From an uncultured Chloroflexia bacterium (GTDB lineage: Bacteria; Chloroflexota; Limnocylindria; Limnocylindrales; CSP1-4): a stretch of 64,000 nucleotides of DNA. The position numbers and the translations under genes were made by a program. The stretch is from positions 38,241-102,240 of the forward strand of contig CAWIOR010000015.1 of NCBI GenBank assembly GCA_963837825.1, read 5' to 3'. The notes under the pieces were generated by a model. That model was not told where the DNA came from. It worked only from the letters and a program-made list of their open reading frames with translations, and made no database searches. Positions 38,287 through 48,640 of the stretch are shown piece by piece; position 1 is the stretch's first letter, and every line of letters begins with the position of its first letter.

Positions 38287-38985
38287 GTGGCACCATCCGG
38301 GACGAACGTCGGGCCGGGTGGCCCCGAACGGGGGATGCCACTCGACCCGGGGCCTCGCTACCGTCGGGACGATGCCAGTGCACCTCGACCCCCACCCCGT
38401 CGCGCCTGCCGCCCGATCCGGGGTCGCATCCGGGCACGCCTGATGCTCAACCTGCGTCGCGACCCCGATCCGGTCCTGGCGTCACGGTCGTGCCGCCAGT
38501 GCGGGCGCGGCCCGAGCCGGCCGGACGCGACGATCTGCGCCCGGTGCGGGATCCCGTTCGGCGACGCGCCACGGGCCGACGCGGAGCTCCCGACCTGCCC
38601 CGTCTGCTACACCACCGTCCCCGACGACGGGCTCCTGTCATCCCTGGCCGGGCACGGCCGACGGGTGCCGATCGCCGACCACATCGCCGAGCACGACCGC
38701 TTCCCGGTCGGCGACGACCGCTGGCTCGAAACGCTCCGCCAGGGCGACCGGATCCGGATCGGGCGCTGGTACGCGCCGTTCGACCTCGTCCGGCGCTACC
38801 TGGTGACGGGCGTCGTCGACGGCGGCCGACGCCGCTCGTTCCAGCACGACACGATCGTCAACGCGATGACCCAGCTGGCGCGCTGGGGTCAGGGCGCGGC
38901 GGCCGCGGTCGTCGGCGACCAGGCCGAATGGCGCGAGGCGCGCGAGGCGGTGACCGTCATGCTCGAGCGCTACCACCGCCGCTGA
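38287..38985 (+). CDS. Hypothetical zinc-ribbon protein (start uncertain: 38287, 38335 or 38443)
   Basis: CRQCG...CARCG and CPVCY Cys pairs are followed by a conserved-looking C-terminal domain. The frame is intact. Confidence 0.6.
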   Translation: MAPSGTNVGPGGPERGMPLDPGPRYRRDDASAPRPPPRRACRPIRGRIRARLMLNLRRDPDPVLASRSCRQCGRGPSRPDATICARCGIPFGDAPRADAELPTCPVCYTTVPDDGLLSSLAGHGRRVPIADHIAEHDRFPVGDDRWLETLRQGDRIRIGRWYAPFDLVRRYLVTGVVDGGRRRSFQHDTIVNAMTQLARWGQGAAAAVVGDQAEWREAREAVTVMLERYHRR

Positions 38986-39186
38986 TCGACCGGTCGACCA
39001 CGGGGACCGGTACGAGGCCGGTACGCCATGCATCCCCGCACTCCGAGGGTCGGGAGTGGCCGACACTGTCGCCGACAGCGACGGCTGGAGTCGGGATCCC
39101 GGGTACTTGACGCGTGGGGATGCGGCGCGAAACTCCTTTGCATCCATGGAGTTGAGCAGGGCTATCCTTGACAGGGGGAGGGTCGG

Positions 39187-40053
39187 GTGCCGGAAGGGAT
39201 GCCCCTCGTCGCCGAGGGAGTTGGTCGCCGCTATCGCCGCGGGCGACCATGGGCGATCAAGGACGTCGACCTCACCATCCCGCGTGGCTCCATCACCGCC
39301 CTGGTCGGGCCGAACGGGGCCGGTAAGTCCACCCTCATCCGTTCCTGGATAGGATTCGAGCGACCTGACGAAGGTCGCGTCCTTGTGGAGGGGATCGACC
39401 CCCGTCGCGACCGAACCGCTGCTGTCCGCCGGATCGGATATGTGCCGCAGTCCGCGTCGCTCTACCGCGATCTAACCGTCGACGACCACCTTCGCTTTGC
39501 TACCGTTCAGCGTCCCGGATTCGATCGCGTCCACGCTCTCGGCCGGCTTCAAGCCGTCGGCGTCGGACCCGAGCGGCGCGTCGGCGAGCTGTCGGGTGGC
39601 GAGCAGGCGCAAGTCGCTCTCGCGATCGCCCTCGGCACGCGAGCGCCAGTCCTCCTTCTCGACGAGCCGCTCGCGAGTCTCGATCCACTCGCCCGCCGAC
39701 AGTTCCTGGCCGTCCTTGTGGACGACGTCAAGTCAACCGGCGCGACTGCGATCCTCTCGTCGCACATCGTCACCGACGTGCAGCAGGCCTGCGACTCTAT
39801 CGTCATCCTTGCCGCTGGGCGTGTCGCCCTCCATGCGGACGTTCGTCGAGCCCGCTCAGAGCACCGCACCCTTCTCGAGGCTGACCTGAACGGTCGCGTG
39901 CCGGTCGCGACCTTCTTAGGCGCCGAATTGCAGTCACTGGCCCTTCTCAAGAGTTCGGAGCCGGACCTCCGCGAGGCGACCCTCGAGGAGATCGTCCTCG
40001 GCTACCTCTCCGCCAAGGATGGCGTCTTGGGTCCGGCCAGTCGGGCGTCGTGA
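39187..40053 (+). CDS. ABC transporter ATP-binding protein (lower-GC island)
   Basis: [24 protein letters not shown] and [11 protein letters not shown] are present. GGGGGAGGG lies upstream of GTG 39187. Many A/T-ending codons contrast with the flanking genes. Confidence 0.9.
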   Translation: MPEGMPLVAEGVGRRYRRGRPWAIKDVDLTIPRGSITALVGPNGAGKSTLIRSWIGFERPDEGRVLVEGIDPRRDRTAAVRRIGYVPQSASLYRDLTVDDHLRFATVQRPGFDRVHALGRLQAVGVGPERRVGELSGGEQAQVALAIALGTRAPVLLLDEPLASLDPLARRQFLAVLVDDVKSTGATAILSSHIVTDVQQACDSIVILAAGRVALHADVRRARSEHRTLLEADLNGRVPVATFLGAELQSLALLKSSEPDLREATLEEIVLGYLSAKDGVLGPASRAS

Positions 40054-41018
40054 ATATCGACTCGTTTCGCCTCACGCTCAAACAGCATCGGTTCGAAGTC
40101 GGTGCCTCGTCCATCGGCGCGATCCTCCTGGGTGTCGCGGCGCTGTGGGTCAACTCGAAGCTCGTCGGCCTTAACGTGCCAGCCGGCTGTTTCGACGCCT
40201 GGCTTGGTACGGCCGGCTCGCCCGGGGCCGGCTGCGATGCCCCCGTCCGTGCATTCCTCGAGATCAATGAGGCGGAGGCCGGCAAGGTCTTCGCGGCCAT
40301 GGCGGTGCTTCCATTCGCTGTTGGCCTTCTCGGTGGCGTCACATTGGTCGGTCGCGAGCTGGAAGCACGGACGGCGCAGACTGCATGGGCGCTCGCAGCG
40401 TCCCGCCGCCGGTGGCTGGGACGACAACTGTGGCCGATCCTCCTCGTGCTCGGCGCGTCCGTGTCGTTTGCGGCCGTTGGGGCCTCGGTTCTAGAGGCGA
40501 CGCGCGGGCCGTTCGTGAGCTATGTCTTCAGCGACTTGGGCCTGTACGGCCCGATAGTCGTCGCCCGGGCCTTCGCGGCGCTCGGTTTGGGGCTCGTTGC
40601 CGGGGCCGTTCTTGGCCGCACGTTGCCCGCGCTCATCGTGGGTGCCGTTCTATCGATGGTGCTTCTGGCCTCGGCCGGCCTCGCTCGTGAGGCATGGGTG
40701 CGCACGCAACCGTTTGTGGTGCTCGACCAGGAGACGACGAACGCGCCCTCATTCGACGGCCTCACTTTCGAGCAGGCCTGGCGGACACCCGGAGGCGCGG
40801 TGATCCGCGAGCCCGAGGCCATGGGGCTCGGCGGAGCCAGTGGATCGGCCGACCCGTACCAGTGGCTCCTCGACCATGGCTACGCGATCGTTGACCTCGG
40901 AATCACGGGCGAATCCGCGCGAGGCTGGGAGCCGATCGAGGTGGGTGGGTTCGTCCTCATTGGACTCGCGCTGGTCGCCGGGACCGTTGCCATCGTGGAT
41001 CGGCGACGACCGATGTAG
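40050..41018 (+). CDS. ABC-2-type membrane permease partner (6 predicted TM segments, large last loop)
   Basis: GTGA overlap with the ATPase stop. Hydrophobic segments are spaced as in ABC-2 permeases. The frame is intact. Confidence 0.7.
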   Translation: MNIDSFRLTLKQHRFEVGASSIGAILLGVAALWVNSKLVGLNVPAGCFDAWLGTAGSPGAGCDAPVRAFLEINEAEAGKVFAAMAVLPFAVGLLGGVTLVGRELEARTAQTAWALAASRRRWLGRQLWPILLVLGASVSFAAVGASVLEATRGPFVSYVFSDLGLYGPIVVARAFAALGLGLVAGAVLGRTLPALIVGAVLSMVLLASAGLAREAWVRTQPFVVLDQETTNAPSFDGLTFEQAWRTPGGAVIREPEAMGLGGASGSADPYQWLLDHGYAIVDLGITGESARGWEPIEVGGFVLIGLALVAGTVAIVDRRRPM

Positions 41019-41223
41019 CCCTATTCCGGCGAGGGCACCAGGCCGGGCCCGACCGGACAGGATCCCGGCATAGGTGCAAGAGCATTCCAGCTCGGGAACT
41101 AGGGGCCTGATGGCGGATGAAAGGACCCATTGGCGTCCGACGCGCTTCGCGCCGATAGCGGATGCCGCGACGGCGTTGGTGGAAAGCGGGCTACATCCTG
41201 CCGGGCTCTACTGGCTGTTCGAG

Positions 41224-41778
41224 TCATGGCTCTTCAGCGGGCCAAGACGGCCCATCGCGGACCGGATACATGTTCGGGTCCTGATCCCTGTGATGTCGCA
41301 GGCGGCGAATAGCCGTGAATAGGCCTGTCAGACCGTAATACAGGAGAAGTGTCAGGCTCAGGACGAAGGTGCCAACGGTCAGATAGTTGGTTCCCACGCC
41401 TATTTCCACCACCGCGACCACGACGACCAGAGCGACCAACGCGGGCACCCACAATGAGGGAGCACCTGCAAGAGCACGCGACGATGGTCGTTTCGTCCAG
41501 GGTCCCAGCGGGTCGATCATCGGTTCCGGCCCAGCGGTAGGTTTCCGTAAGGAGTCGTATCGGGCGCGCTTGGACATGTCCGATAACCATTCACGTGCGA
41601 TGTTCAAGCGGGCCGTACGCTCAGTAGCCGCGCGATCGTCGTCGGAGGACATGCGGTCCGGGTGGTTAGCTCGAACCCGCTCGCGCCAGGCTGCCTCGAT
41701 CGTCGGGCGATCGGCGCCGAGGGGCACGCCCAACTCGGCGTATAGGTCGAACTCGGGGACCGGATCCTGGATCGGCAC
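41224..41778 (-). CDS. J-domain (DnaJ-like) protein with two C-terminal TM segments
   Basis: DLYAELGV...ANHPDR (HPD motif)...ARLNIAREWLSD, followed by two hydrophobic helices. GAGGA lies 7 nt upstream of GTG 41778. Confidence 0.8.
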   Translation of the reverse strand: MPIQDPVPEFDLYAELGVPLGADRPTIEAAWRERVRANHPDRMSSDDDRAATERTARLNIAREWLSDMSKRARYDSLRKPTAGPEPMIDPLGPWTKRPSSRALAGAPSLWVPALVALVVVVAVVEIGVGTNYLTVGTFVLSLTLLLYYGLTGLFTAIRRLRHHRDQDPNMYPVRDGPSWPAEEP

Positions 41779-41886
41779 AGCTGAGTCCTCGTAGTGGGTC
41801 AGTCACGAAGGTCAAGCGCGATTCGTCTCGCTCACCAGCATCTCATGTCGTGGGTCACGGCCACGGCCAAACGAGGTGGAGGAGTA

Positions 41887-41914
41887 GAGAAGGCCTCGGA
41901 CGCGAGGCCTTCTC
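41887..41914 (-). terminator. Perfect 12-bp hairpin downstream of the secreted-protein gene
   Basis: GAGAAGGCCTCG-gacg-CGAGGCCTTCTC lies 28 nt beyond the stop at 41942. There is no clear U-tract. Confidence 0.6.
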
Positions 41915-41941
41915 GCTACTACAGCCAACCCGAGCGACTAC

Positions 41942-42376
41942 CTAGCAGGAGGACGACGACGATATCCACCGAAATGAACTGATGGCATCGTTGGCGCTGC
42001 CCGTGAGATTGGTGCGGCCTATCCCCGAGGTGCGGTTGATGAACACCGTACCCCCGTAGCTCGAGTTCCTGTACGCGCAGAAGCGCTGACCCGACGGTAC
42101 GGACACAGAGAAACTGCTTACGCACTCGTCCCACGTGTCGTTGAAGAGAACGGCGCCAGCGCAGAAGCTGGGAATAGGGTGCAACCCCATGACTGTGCTG
42201 CTACTGCAATACCAGCGGTCATCATCGAAGTCCTGCTGATCTCCGATGATGTTTTCGTACGCGTGAAACACAGACGGGTCACTGCCCGAACACGAGCCCT
42301 GAGTGTAAGCGAGCACCGGGGGCACTACAGTGAAAGACAGACCCACGAGTGTCAGGAGCAGGACAAGCTTCCGCAT
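41942..42376 (-). CDS. Small secreted Cys-rich protein, possibly beta/gamma-crystallin or peptidase-inhibitor-I36-like
   Basis: GGAGGGG lies upstream of ATG 42376. Signal peptide MRKLVLLLTLVGLSFTVVPPVLA, six Cys in the mature part, and two NDxxxxxSSF-type motifs (FNDTWDECVSSFSV, ANDAISSFRW). This is the lowest-GC stretch of the window. Confidence 0.7.
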   Translation of the reverse strand: MRKLVLLLTLVGLSFTVVPPVLAYTQGSCSGSDPSVFHAYENIIGDQQDFDDDRWYCSSSTVMGLHPIPSFCAGAVLFNDTWDECVSSFSVSVPSGQRFCAYRNSSYGGTVFINRTSGIGRTNLTGSANDAISSFRWISSSSSC

Positions 42377-42656
42377 CACTCCCCTCCAGAGTCTGAACGT
42401 TCCTGGATGCTGGTGCGGAGGTCCCAAACCGCCACCAGCGGCGCTTCAGACGAGGCAGACACCCCCTTCCGTCTCGGCGCGCTCGCTTCTTCCTGAGCCC
42501 TCGGCTTGCATGTTATGACTATGTGTCAACCTTCATACAATGCCCGGTCGTCGCTCAATGAACGTGTCAGGAGACCCAGCGTAGGCGGAAGGGCAGTGGG
42601 CTTCTAAGCTCTTCCATGTGTCGGGGAGGCTAGGCCGAGCCCGGATGGTCCGCCGG

Positions 42657-44312
42657 TCAGCGACCGCCGCGGTCATCCGCCCGGTCGACGGACCGAGACA
42701 GGCGTTCACCCGGCAGTACCGTGATCTGGCGCCGACCCCCGGCCTGCTGGAGCGATCCAGGATCGTGATGAGCCGTCCCATGCCCGTGGCCGGCCGGATG
42801 ACTCCCGCGCGGGCCGCCCTGGCGATCCTCGGGTCGCTCACCCCATGGGCGACCGCTCGGTCGCGACGGCGCTGGCCGGCCCGGGCGGCCTGGCCTGCCC
42901 GTGCGCACGGGCGGAGCGAAGGCGCCGATCGACTGACCCGGTCGATGAGGCCCGATCGCCCGCTGGGCCCGGCCTGGCCGCGGCTGGGTCTGGAACGACC
43001 GCGGCTGGCTCTGGCCCTGGCGCATCGCCTGGCGGCCGAGCGGAACGGGACCGGCCGGCTGACCGTGGCGGGCCACCGGACCCCCGGCCCGGCCGGTGAC
43101 CGGGCGCAGCCGGATCGGCTCGGGTCGGATCGATCGGTCGGGCGCGAAACCCTCGACGACCTCGACCGCGATCTTCGTCCTGAGGAGCGACTCGATCTGC
43201 CAGAGCAGCTTCGACTCGTCGACGCAGACGAGCGAGACCGCGTCGCCGTCCATCCCGGCCCGGGCGGTCCGGCCGATCCGGTGGAGGTAGTCCTCGGGGA
43301 CCATCGGCAGCTCGAAGTTCACGACGTGGGGCAGCGCGTCGATGTCGATCCCGCGCGCGGCGATGTCGGTCGCGACGAGGATCGCCACCCGGCCGGCCTT
43401 GAAGTCGGCCAGCGCGCGGACCCGCTGCGGCTGGCTCTGGTTGCCGTGGATCGCGGCCGCCGCGATGCCGTCCCGGCTCGAGCTGCTCGGCCAGCCGATC
43501 CGCCCCGTGCTTCGTCCGGGTGAAGACGAGCGCCTGGTCGATCCGGCCAGTCCGGATGAGGTGGCTCAGCAGCTCGCGCTTGCGCTCGCGGTCGACCGGG
43601 TGGACGACCTGGCGCACGAGCTCGACGGTCGTGTTGCGCGGGGTGACCTGGACCTGGGCCGGGCGATCGAGGATGCCGTCGGCCAGGCGCCGGATCTCGT
43701 TCGAGAAGGTCGCGCTGAAGAGCAGGTTCTGGCGGCGCGGCGGGAGCAGCGCGAGGATCTTCCGGATGTCGCGGATGAAGCCCATGTCGAGCATCCGGTC
43801 GGCCTCGTCGAGGACGAGGATCTCGACCCGCGACAGGTCGATCGTGCGCTGGCCGACGTGGTCGAGCAGCCGTCCGGGGGTCGCCACGACGATCTCCGGG
43901 CCGGCCCGCAGCGCGCGGACCTGGGCGTCGAAGCCGACGCCCGCCGTAGATGACCGTCGAGCGGACGGGCCGGCGCGCGCCGTAGGTCCGGACGCTCTCC
44001 TCGACCTGGATCGCGAGCTCGCGGGTCGGGGTCAGGATGAGGCAGCGGATCGGCGGTCGGGTCGCGCCGCGGCGGTCGCGCGGATCGGATGCCGCAGGGG
44101 CACCGCCCGGACGCGGACGCGTTCAGGCGCTGGAGGATCGGCAGGACGAAGGCGGCCGTCTTGCCGGTCCCGGTCTGGGCGCCGGCGAGCACGTCGCGGC
44201 CCTCGAGGACGAGCGGGATCGCCTCGGCCTGGACGGCGGTCGGCTCGGTGTAGCCCTGGTCGGCGACCGCGCGGAGAAGCTCGGGCGTCAGCCCGAGTGG
44301 TGCGAAGGACAC
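42657..44312 (-). pseudogene. DEAD-box RNA helicase (RhlE-like) with an Arg/Gly/Pro-rich tail; at least 3 frame breaks
   Basis: [43 protein letters not shown] and [10 protein letters not shown] are spread over three frames. GGAGG lies 7 nt upstream of GTG 44312. Confidence 0.85.
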
Positions 44313-44532
44313 GATGAGACCTCCTGACGGGCCCTCCCGCACGGCGCGGGGCCCGGTCAGGGCATGGGTGGTCGGGATCGAACGGTGGGAAGACCGGGGC
44401 GCAGACCGGGGGCGCCCGTCGAACACGAGGGCCCAAGCATAGCCGACTGCGCGGAAGGGGCTCACGCCGCCGCTGACGTGCCCACGAGGCGCCGTCCGAC
44501 TCCCGCTAAGGGCGCGGTGAGCCACGGTCGGC

Positions 44533-44538
44533 TACGAT
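44533..44538 (+). promoter_or_regulatory. Candidate -10 hexamer TACGAT, 6 nt upstream of GTG 44545
   Basis: A TANNNT hexamer lies next to the start codon with no Shine-Dalgarno sequence. Confidence 0.35.
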
Positions 44539-44544
44539 GACCGC

Positions 44545-46633
44545 GTGCCCGACCCGGCCGCCGATCTGCTCGCCGACCTCGATCCCGCCCAGCGCGAGGC
44601 GGTCCTCGCCACGAGCGGGCCGGTCTGCATCCTGGCCGGCGCGGGGACGGGCAAGACCCGGGCGATCTCGCGTCGGGTGGCCTACGCGATCGAGACCGGA
44701 GCGGTGGCGCCGGCGTCACGTCCTGGTCGTCACGTTCACCGACAAGGCGGCCGGCGAGATGCGCGAGCGGCTGGCGGCGCTCGGCCGACCGGGCGTCGCC
44801 GCGGCGACGTTCCATGCCGCGGCGCTGCGCCAGCTCCGCCACTTCTGGCCCCGTGCGACGGGCCGGGAGCTGCCGGCGATCCTCGACTCGAAGGTGGCGC
44901 TGCTCGTCGACCTCGCCCGGGCGCTGCCCGGCGGCTACCGCTACGTGGCCGTCCGCGACCTCGCCGGCGAGATCGAGTGGGCGAAGGCGCGCCGGGTGGC
45001 ACCGGGCGCCTACGAGGCAGGCGGTCGACGCCGACGGCCACGACGGTCCCCTCCCCGCCCGGCTGTTCGCGCCGCTCTACCGACGCTACGAGGCGGCCAA
45101 GGAGCGGTCGGGCCGGATCGACTTCGAGGACATGCTCGAGCTGACCGTCCGGCTCATCGAGGACGACGTCTCGATCGCCCGCGAGGTCCGCGACCGCTAC
45201 CGCTGGTTCAGCGTCGACGAGTACCAGGACACGAACGCGCTCCAGCAGGCGCTCCTCGACGCCTGGCTCGGCGGGCGGGAGGACCTGGCCGTCGTCGGCG
45301 ACGAGGACCAGACGATCTACACGTTCACCGGCGCGTCGTCGCGAGTGGCTGACCGGGTTCACCGGCCGCTACCCGGGCGCCCGGGTCGTCCGGCTCGAGA
45401 CGAACTACCGCTCGACCCCCCAGGTCCTCGAGCTGGCCAACCGGCTCCTGGCGCGGGCGCCCCGGGCGGTCGCCGGCCCGCCGAAGCGGCTCGTGCCGAC
45501 CCGCCCGGACGGGCCGCCGCCGGTCATCCGCCAGTTCGCGACCGGCCTCGAGGAGGAGCGGGCGATCGCCGCCGAGGCGCGCCGGCTCATCGCCGCTCGG
45601 GCGTGCCGGCCGAGCAGATCGCCGTGCTCGTCCGGACGAACGGCCAGCTCGTCGGGTTCGAGGCGGCGTTCCGGGCGGCGGGCGTCCCGTTCCAGCTCCG
45701 CGGCGAGCGGTTCTTCGCCCGACCGGAGATCCGCCGGGCGATCGCGGCCGTTCGCGCGACGCCGGCGGTCGGCGGCGGAACGCGGGCCGGCGGGCGGCGG
45801 CCGCCACGACCGAGCGGCGGCGGCCTGGCCGAGCGACCTCGCCGCGACCTGGGCGCGGGCGCTCGACTTCCGAGCCGACGAGGTCCCCCCGGGCGAGGAG
45901 GCCCGCCAGCGCCACGCCGCCCTGCTCGCGCTGCTCGAGGTCGGGCGCGAGCTCGAGACCGCCGACCCGGCCGCCGACGCCGACGACTTCCTGCCGAGGT
46001 CGACCGGCGGGCGGCCGCCGAGGCGGACGGCTCGGCCGGCCTCGGCGTCGAGCTGCTGACCTACCACCGGGCCAAGGGCCTCGAGTGGGACGCCGTCTTC
46101 CTGCCGGCCCTCGAGGAGGGGATCCTGCCGATCCGCCAGGCGACCGAGCCGGCCGAGATCGAGGAGGAGCGCCGGCTGCTGTACGTCGGGATCACCCGGG
46201 CGCGGGTCCACCTGTGGCTGTCGTCGGCCCGGCGCCGGGACGGCCGGACGACCGACCGGCGCCGCTCGCGCTTCCTGCTCGAGGTCATGCCGACGCCGGC
46301 TCGCGTCCGGCGCCCGGAGCGTCGGCCCGCCGCAGCCGGCCGTCCGCTCGACCGCCGTCGCTCGGCCTGGTCGGCGAGCCCGCGTCGCGAGCGGACCGTG
46401 ACGGCGCCGGTCGTCGACCGCTGTTCGAGGCGCTCCGCGCCTGGCGGCTCGAGCGCGCCCGGGCCGACGCCGTGCCGCCGTACGTCGATCTTCCACGACT
46501 CGACCCTGGCGGCGATCGCCGAGCGCCGGCCGCGGCTCCTGGCCGACCTGGCCGCGATCCCCGGGGTCGGCCCGACCAAGCTCGATCGCTACGGCGACCG
46601 AGATCCTCGACCTCGTCGCGGCGGAGTCGCTGA
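44545..46633 (+). pseudogene. UvrD/PcrA-family SF1 DNA helicase with a C-terminal HRDC-like domain; at least 6 frame breaks, 3' end uncertain
   Basis: [84 protein letters not shown], then ...IFHDSTLAAIAERRP...IPGVGPTKLDRYG. Confidence 0.8.
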
Positions 46634-46816
46634 GCGACGCGGCGATCCGAGCCCTACAGGCCCGAGGGTGGACTCGCCGGGAGCCGGGAGTCTCCGGCGG
46701 ATCCACGGGCCGACGCCTCCTCGACGGGTCCGGCCGTCTCCGCCGGGCTCGTCGCCGGCCGCCGCGTCGAGCCCGGGACCCCGGTCGAGCCCGGCGACAG
46801 CCATCGGGGCGCCCGC

Positions 46817-47999
46817 TCACCGGCGCGGCGCGCTCGGCGCCAGCATGCGCACCGCGATCGCCGTCGTGATCGGCACGGTCAGGACGATCCCGACGCTGCC
46901 GATCGAGCGTCCGGACGACCTCGACCGCGATGATCTCCTCGTTGAGCGGGAACCCGAGCCCGCGGACCTGGATCGAGAACAGGACGAGCAGCGGCAGGGC
47001 CGTCCCGAGGTAGGCGAACACGAGCGTGTTGACCGTCGCCGCCAGGTGGGCGATCCCGACGTTCATCGTCCGGCCGTAGAGCGCCCGCCGGCCGAGGGTC
47101 GGATCGACCGAGCGGAGCTCCTCGACCGTCGCCGCCTGGCTGATCGCGACGTCGTTGAGCACGCCGAGGCCGCCGAAGACGACCCCGGCCAGGAGCAGAC
47201 CCGGACAGGTCGATCGTGTTCCCGGCCAGCTGGCCGATCGCCAGGACCTCCTCCGAGCCCTGGGCCGGGGTGAACCGGGCGAGGACCGTCACGACCGGCG
47301 GCGAGGGCGCCGGTGATCGAGCAGCCCGGCCATCGTCCCGGCGATCGCCGAGCCGGTCGTCCGGTTGAGGCCCTGGGTCAGCACGAACGACACGACCGTG
47401 ACCGACGCGCCGAGCCCGATCGCCAGGACGAGCGGGTTCCAGCCGGCGAGCAGGAGCGGGATCAGGACGCGGATCGCCAGGACGAGCGACAGGGCGAGCG
47501 CGACCAGCGAGCGGACGCCGCGCCAGCCGGCCACGGCGATCGTGACGAGCGCGAACAGGACGGCCAGCCCGCCGATGAGCGGCAGTCGCCAGCGATCGAT
47601 GACCGAGAACGTCGTCGTCCCGTCCGGCTGCTGGTCGACCGCCACGACGACCTCGTCGCCGACGGCGTAGTCGGGCAGCTGGAGCTGGCCGGACGGCCCC
47701 TCGAGGTCGGCCGTCTCCTGCTCGCCTCGTCGCGGGACCCTCGAGGAACTCGATCGTCGCGGTCGGGGCCTGCTGGTCGGTCGACCGGCTGGAGCTCGAC
47801 GATCCGGGCGTGGATCCGCTCGGAGACGAGGCCCCTGGCCTCGGGCGGGGTGAGGTCCGGGAGCAGGACGAGGATCGCCGCGACCGCCAGGAGCCCGAGC
47901 GCGAACAGGACGATCTCGCGGTCGGATCGGCGCCGGCCGCCGCGTCGGGCGGCGGCTCGGGGACGGCTCGACTGGGATGGGCGTCGGCTCGACGGTCAT
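46817..47999 (-). pseudogene. YibE/F-family membrane protein (at least 4 frame breaks)
   Basis: ...LLLAGWNPLVLAIGLGASVTVVSFVLTQGLNRTT..., ...GVLNDVAISQAATVEEL..., ...GIAHLAATVNTLVFAYLG... are spread over the frames. Start is ATG 47999. Confidence 0.7.
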
Positions 48000-48046
48000 C
48001 GGCGGGAGCCTACCATCGGCGTGCCCGCCGCGGACCGTTCGGCCGT

Positions 48047-48075
48047 TTGACAGAACGGCCGTTCTGGTCCATGAT
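48047..48075 (+). promoter_or_regulatory. Candidate promoter: TTGACA, 17-nt spacer, CATGAT, overlapped by an 8-bp inverted repeat
   Basis: TTGACA at 48047-48052, a 17-nt spacer, then CATGAT at 48070-48075. CGGCCGTT (48040-48047) pairs with AACGGCCG (48054-48061). Confidence 0.35.
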
Positions 48076-48640
48076 CCCCGAGTCAACGCCCGCGCGGCGT
48101 CGCAGGTCAGAGCACTCGAAACCTCCGCTCCCGCGACGCGCCAGGCATCCAGCAACCAGCACCGCTCCGGATCCCGCGCAACCTGCGCGCGGAGCGGCCC
48201 AGCGGGACGGCGCCGGACCAGATGGTCCGTGCGACGCCCGGGAATCAGACAGGAACCCATGCTCTCGCGATCCATGACCCAGTCGACCTCGGCTCGTGCC
48301 GGGTCGATCCGCCGGATGCGCCGGCGGACCAGCGCGGCGGCCGCGCAACGCCGGCCGCATCTTCTGCTCGACGAACGGCTGCGCCAGCTTCCTCGAGCTC
48401 GATCCCGTCGACCGGGGTCGCCACCTGCCCGATCTGCGGGTTCCGCCGCCGGGCGAACTGACCCGACGTCCGGCGCCGCCTGCGCGGCTCCCGCGCGGCC
48501 ACGACCCGGCGCCGACCGGCGCACGCCGATCGCCGGCGCAAGATGGCAGCGCCGACGGTCGCCGAGCCCGGCCAGCTGACACGGAGGCCCGCGAGTGCCC
48601 GCCACCCCGACCCTCGACCGCGCGCGCCTCGGCGCGCCTG

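Noticed and set aside
41074-41322. An 82-aa + strand ORF in the lower-GC island
   Set aside because: Its 3' 99 nt overlap the well-supported J-domain gene on the opposite strand. It has no Shine-Dalgarno sequence and no recognisable motif. I could not support it as a gene, although the 205-bp convergent spacer (41019-41223) remains unexplained.
38986-42656. Mobile-element hallmarks around the lower-GC island (integrase, transposase, tRNA target, flanking direct or inverted repeats)
   Set aside because: None was found by eye at either border. Small local hairpins exist at 39030-39060 and 39110-39150 but are not repeated at the other border. The island is therefore reported only as compositionally atypical, not as a defined mobile element.
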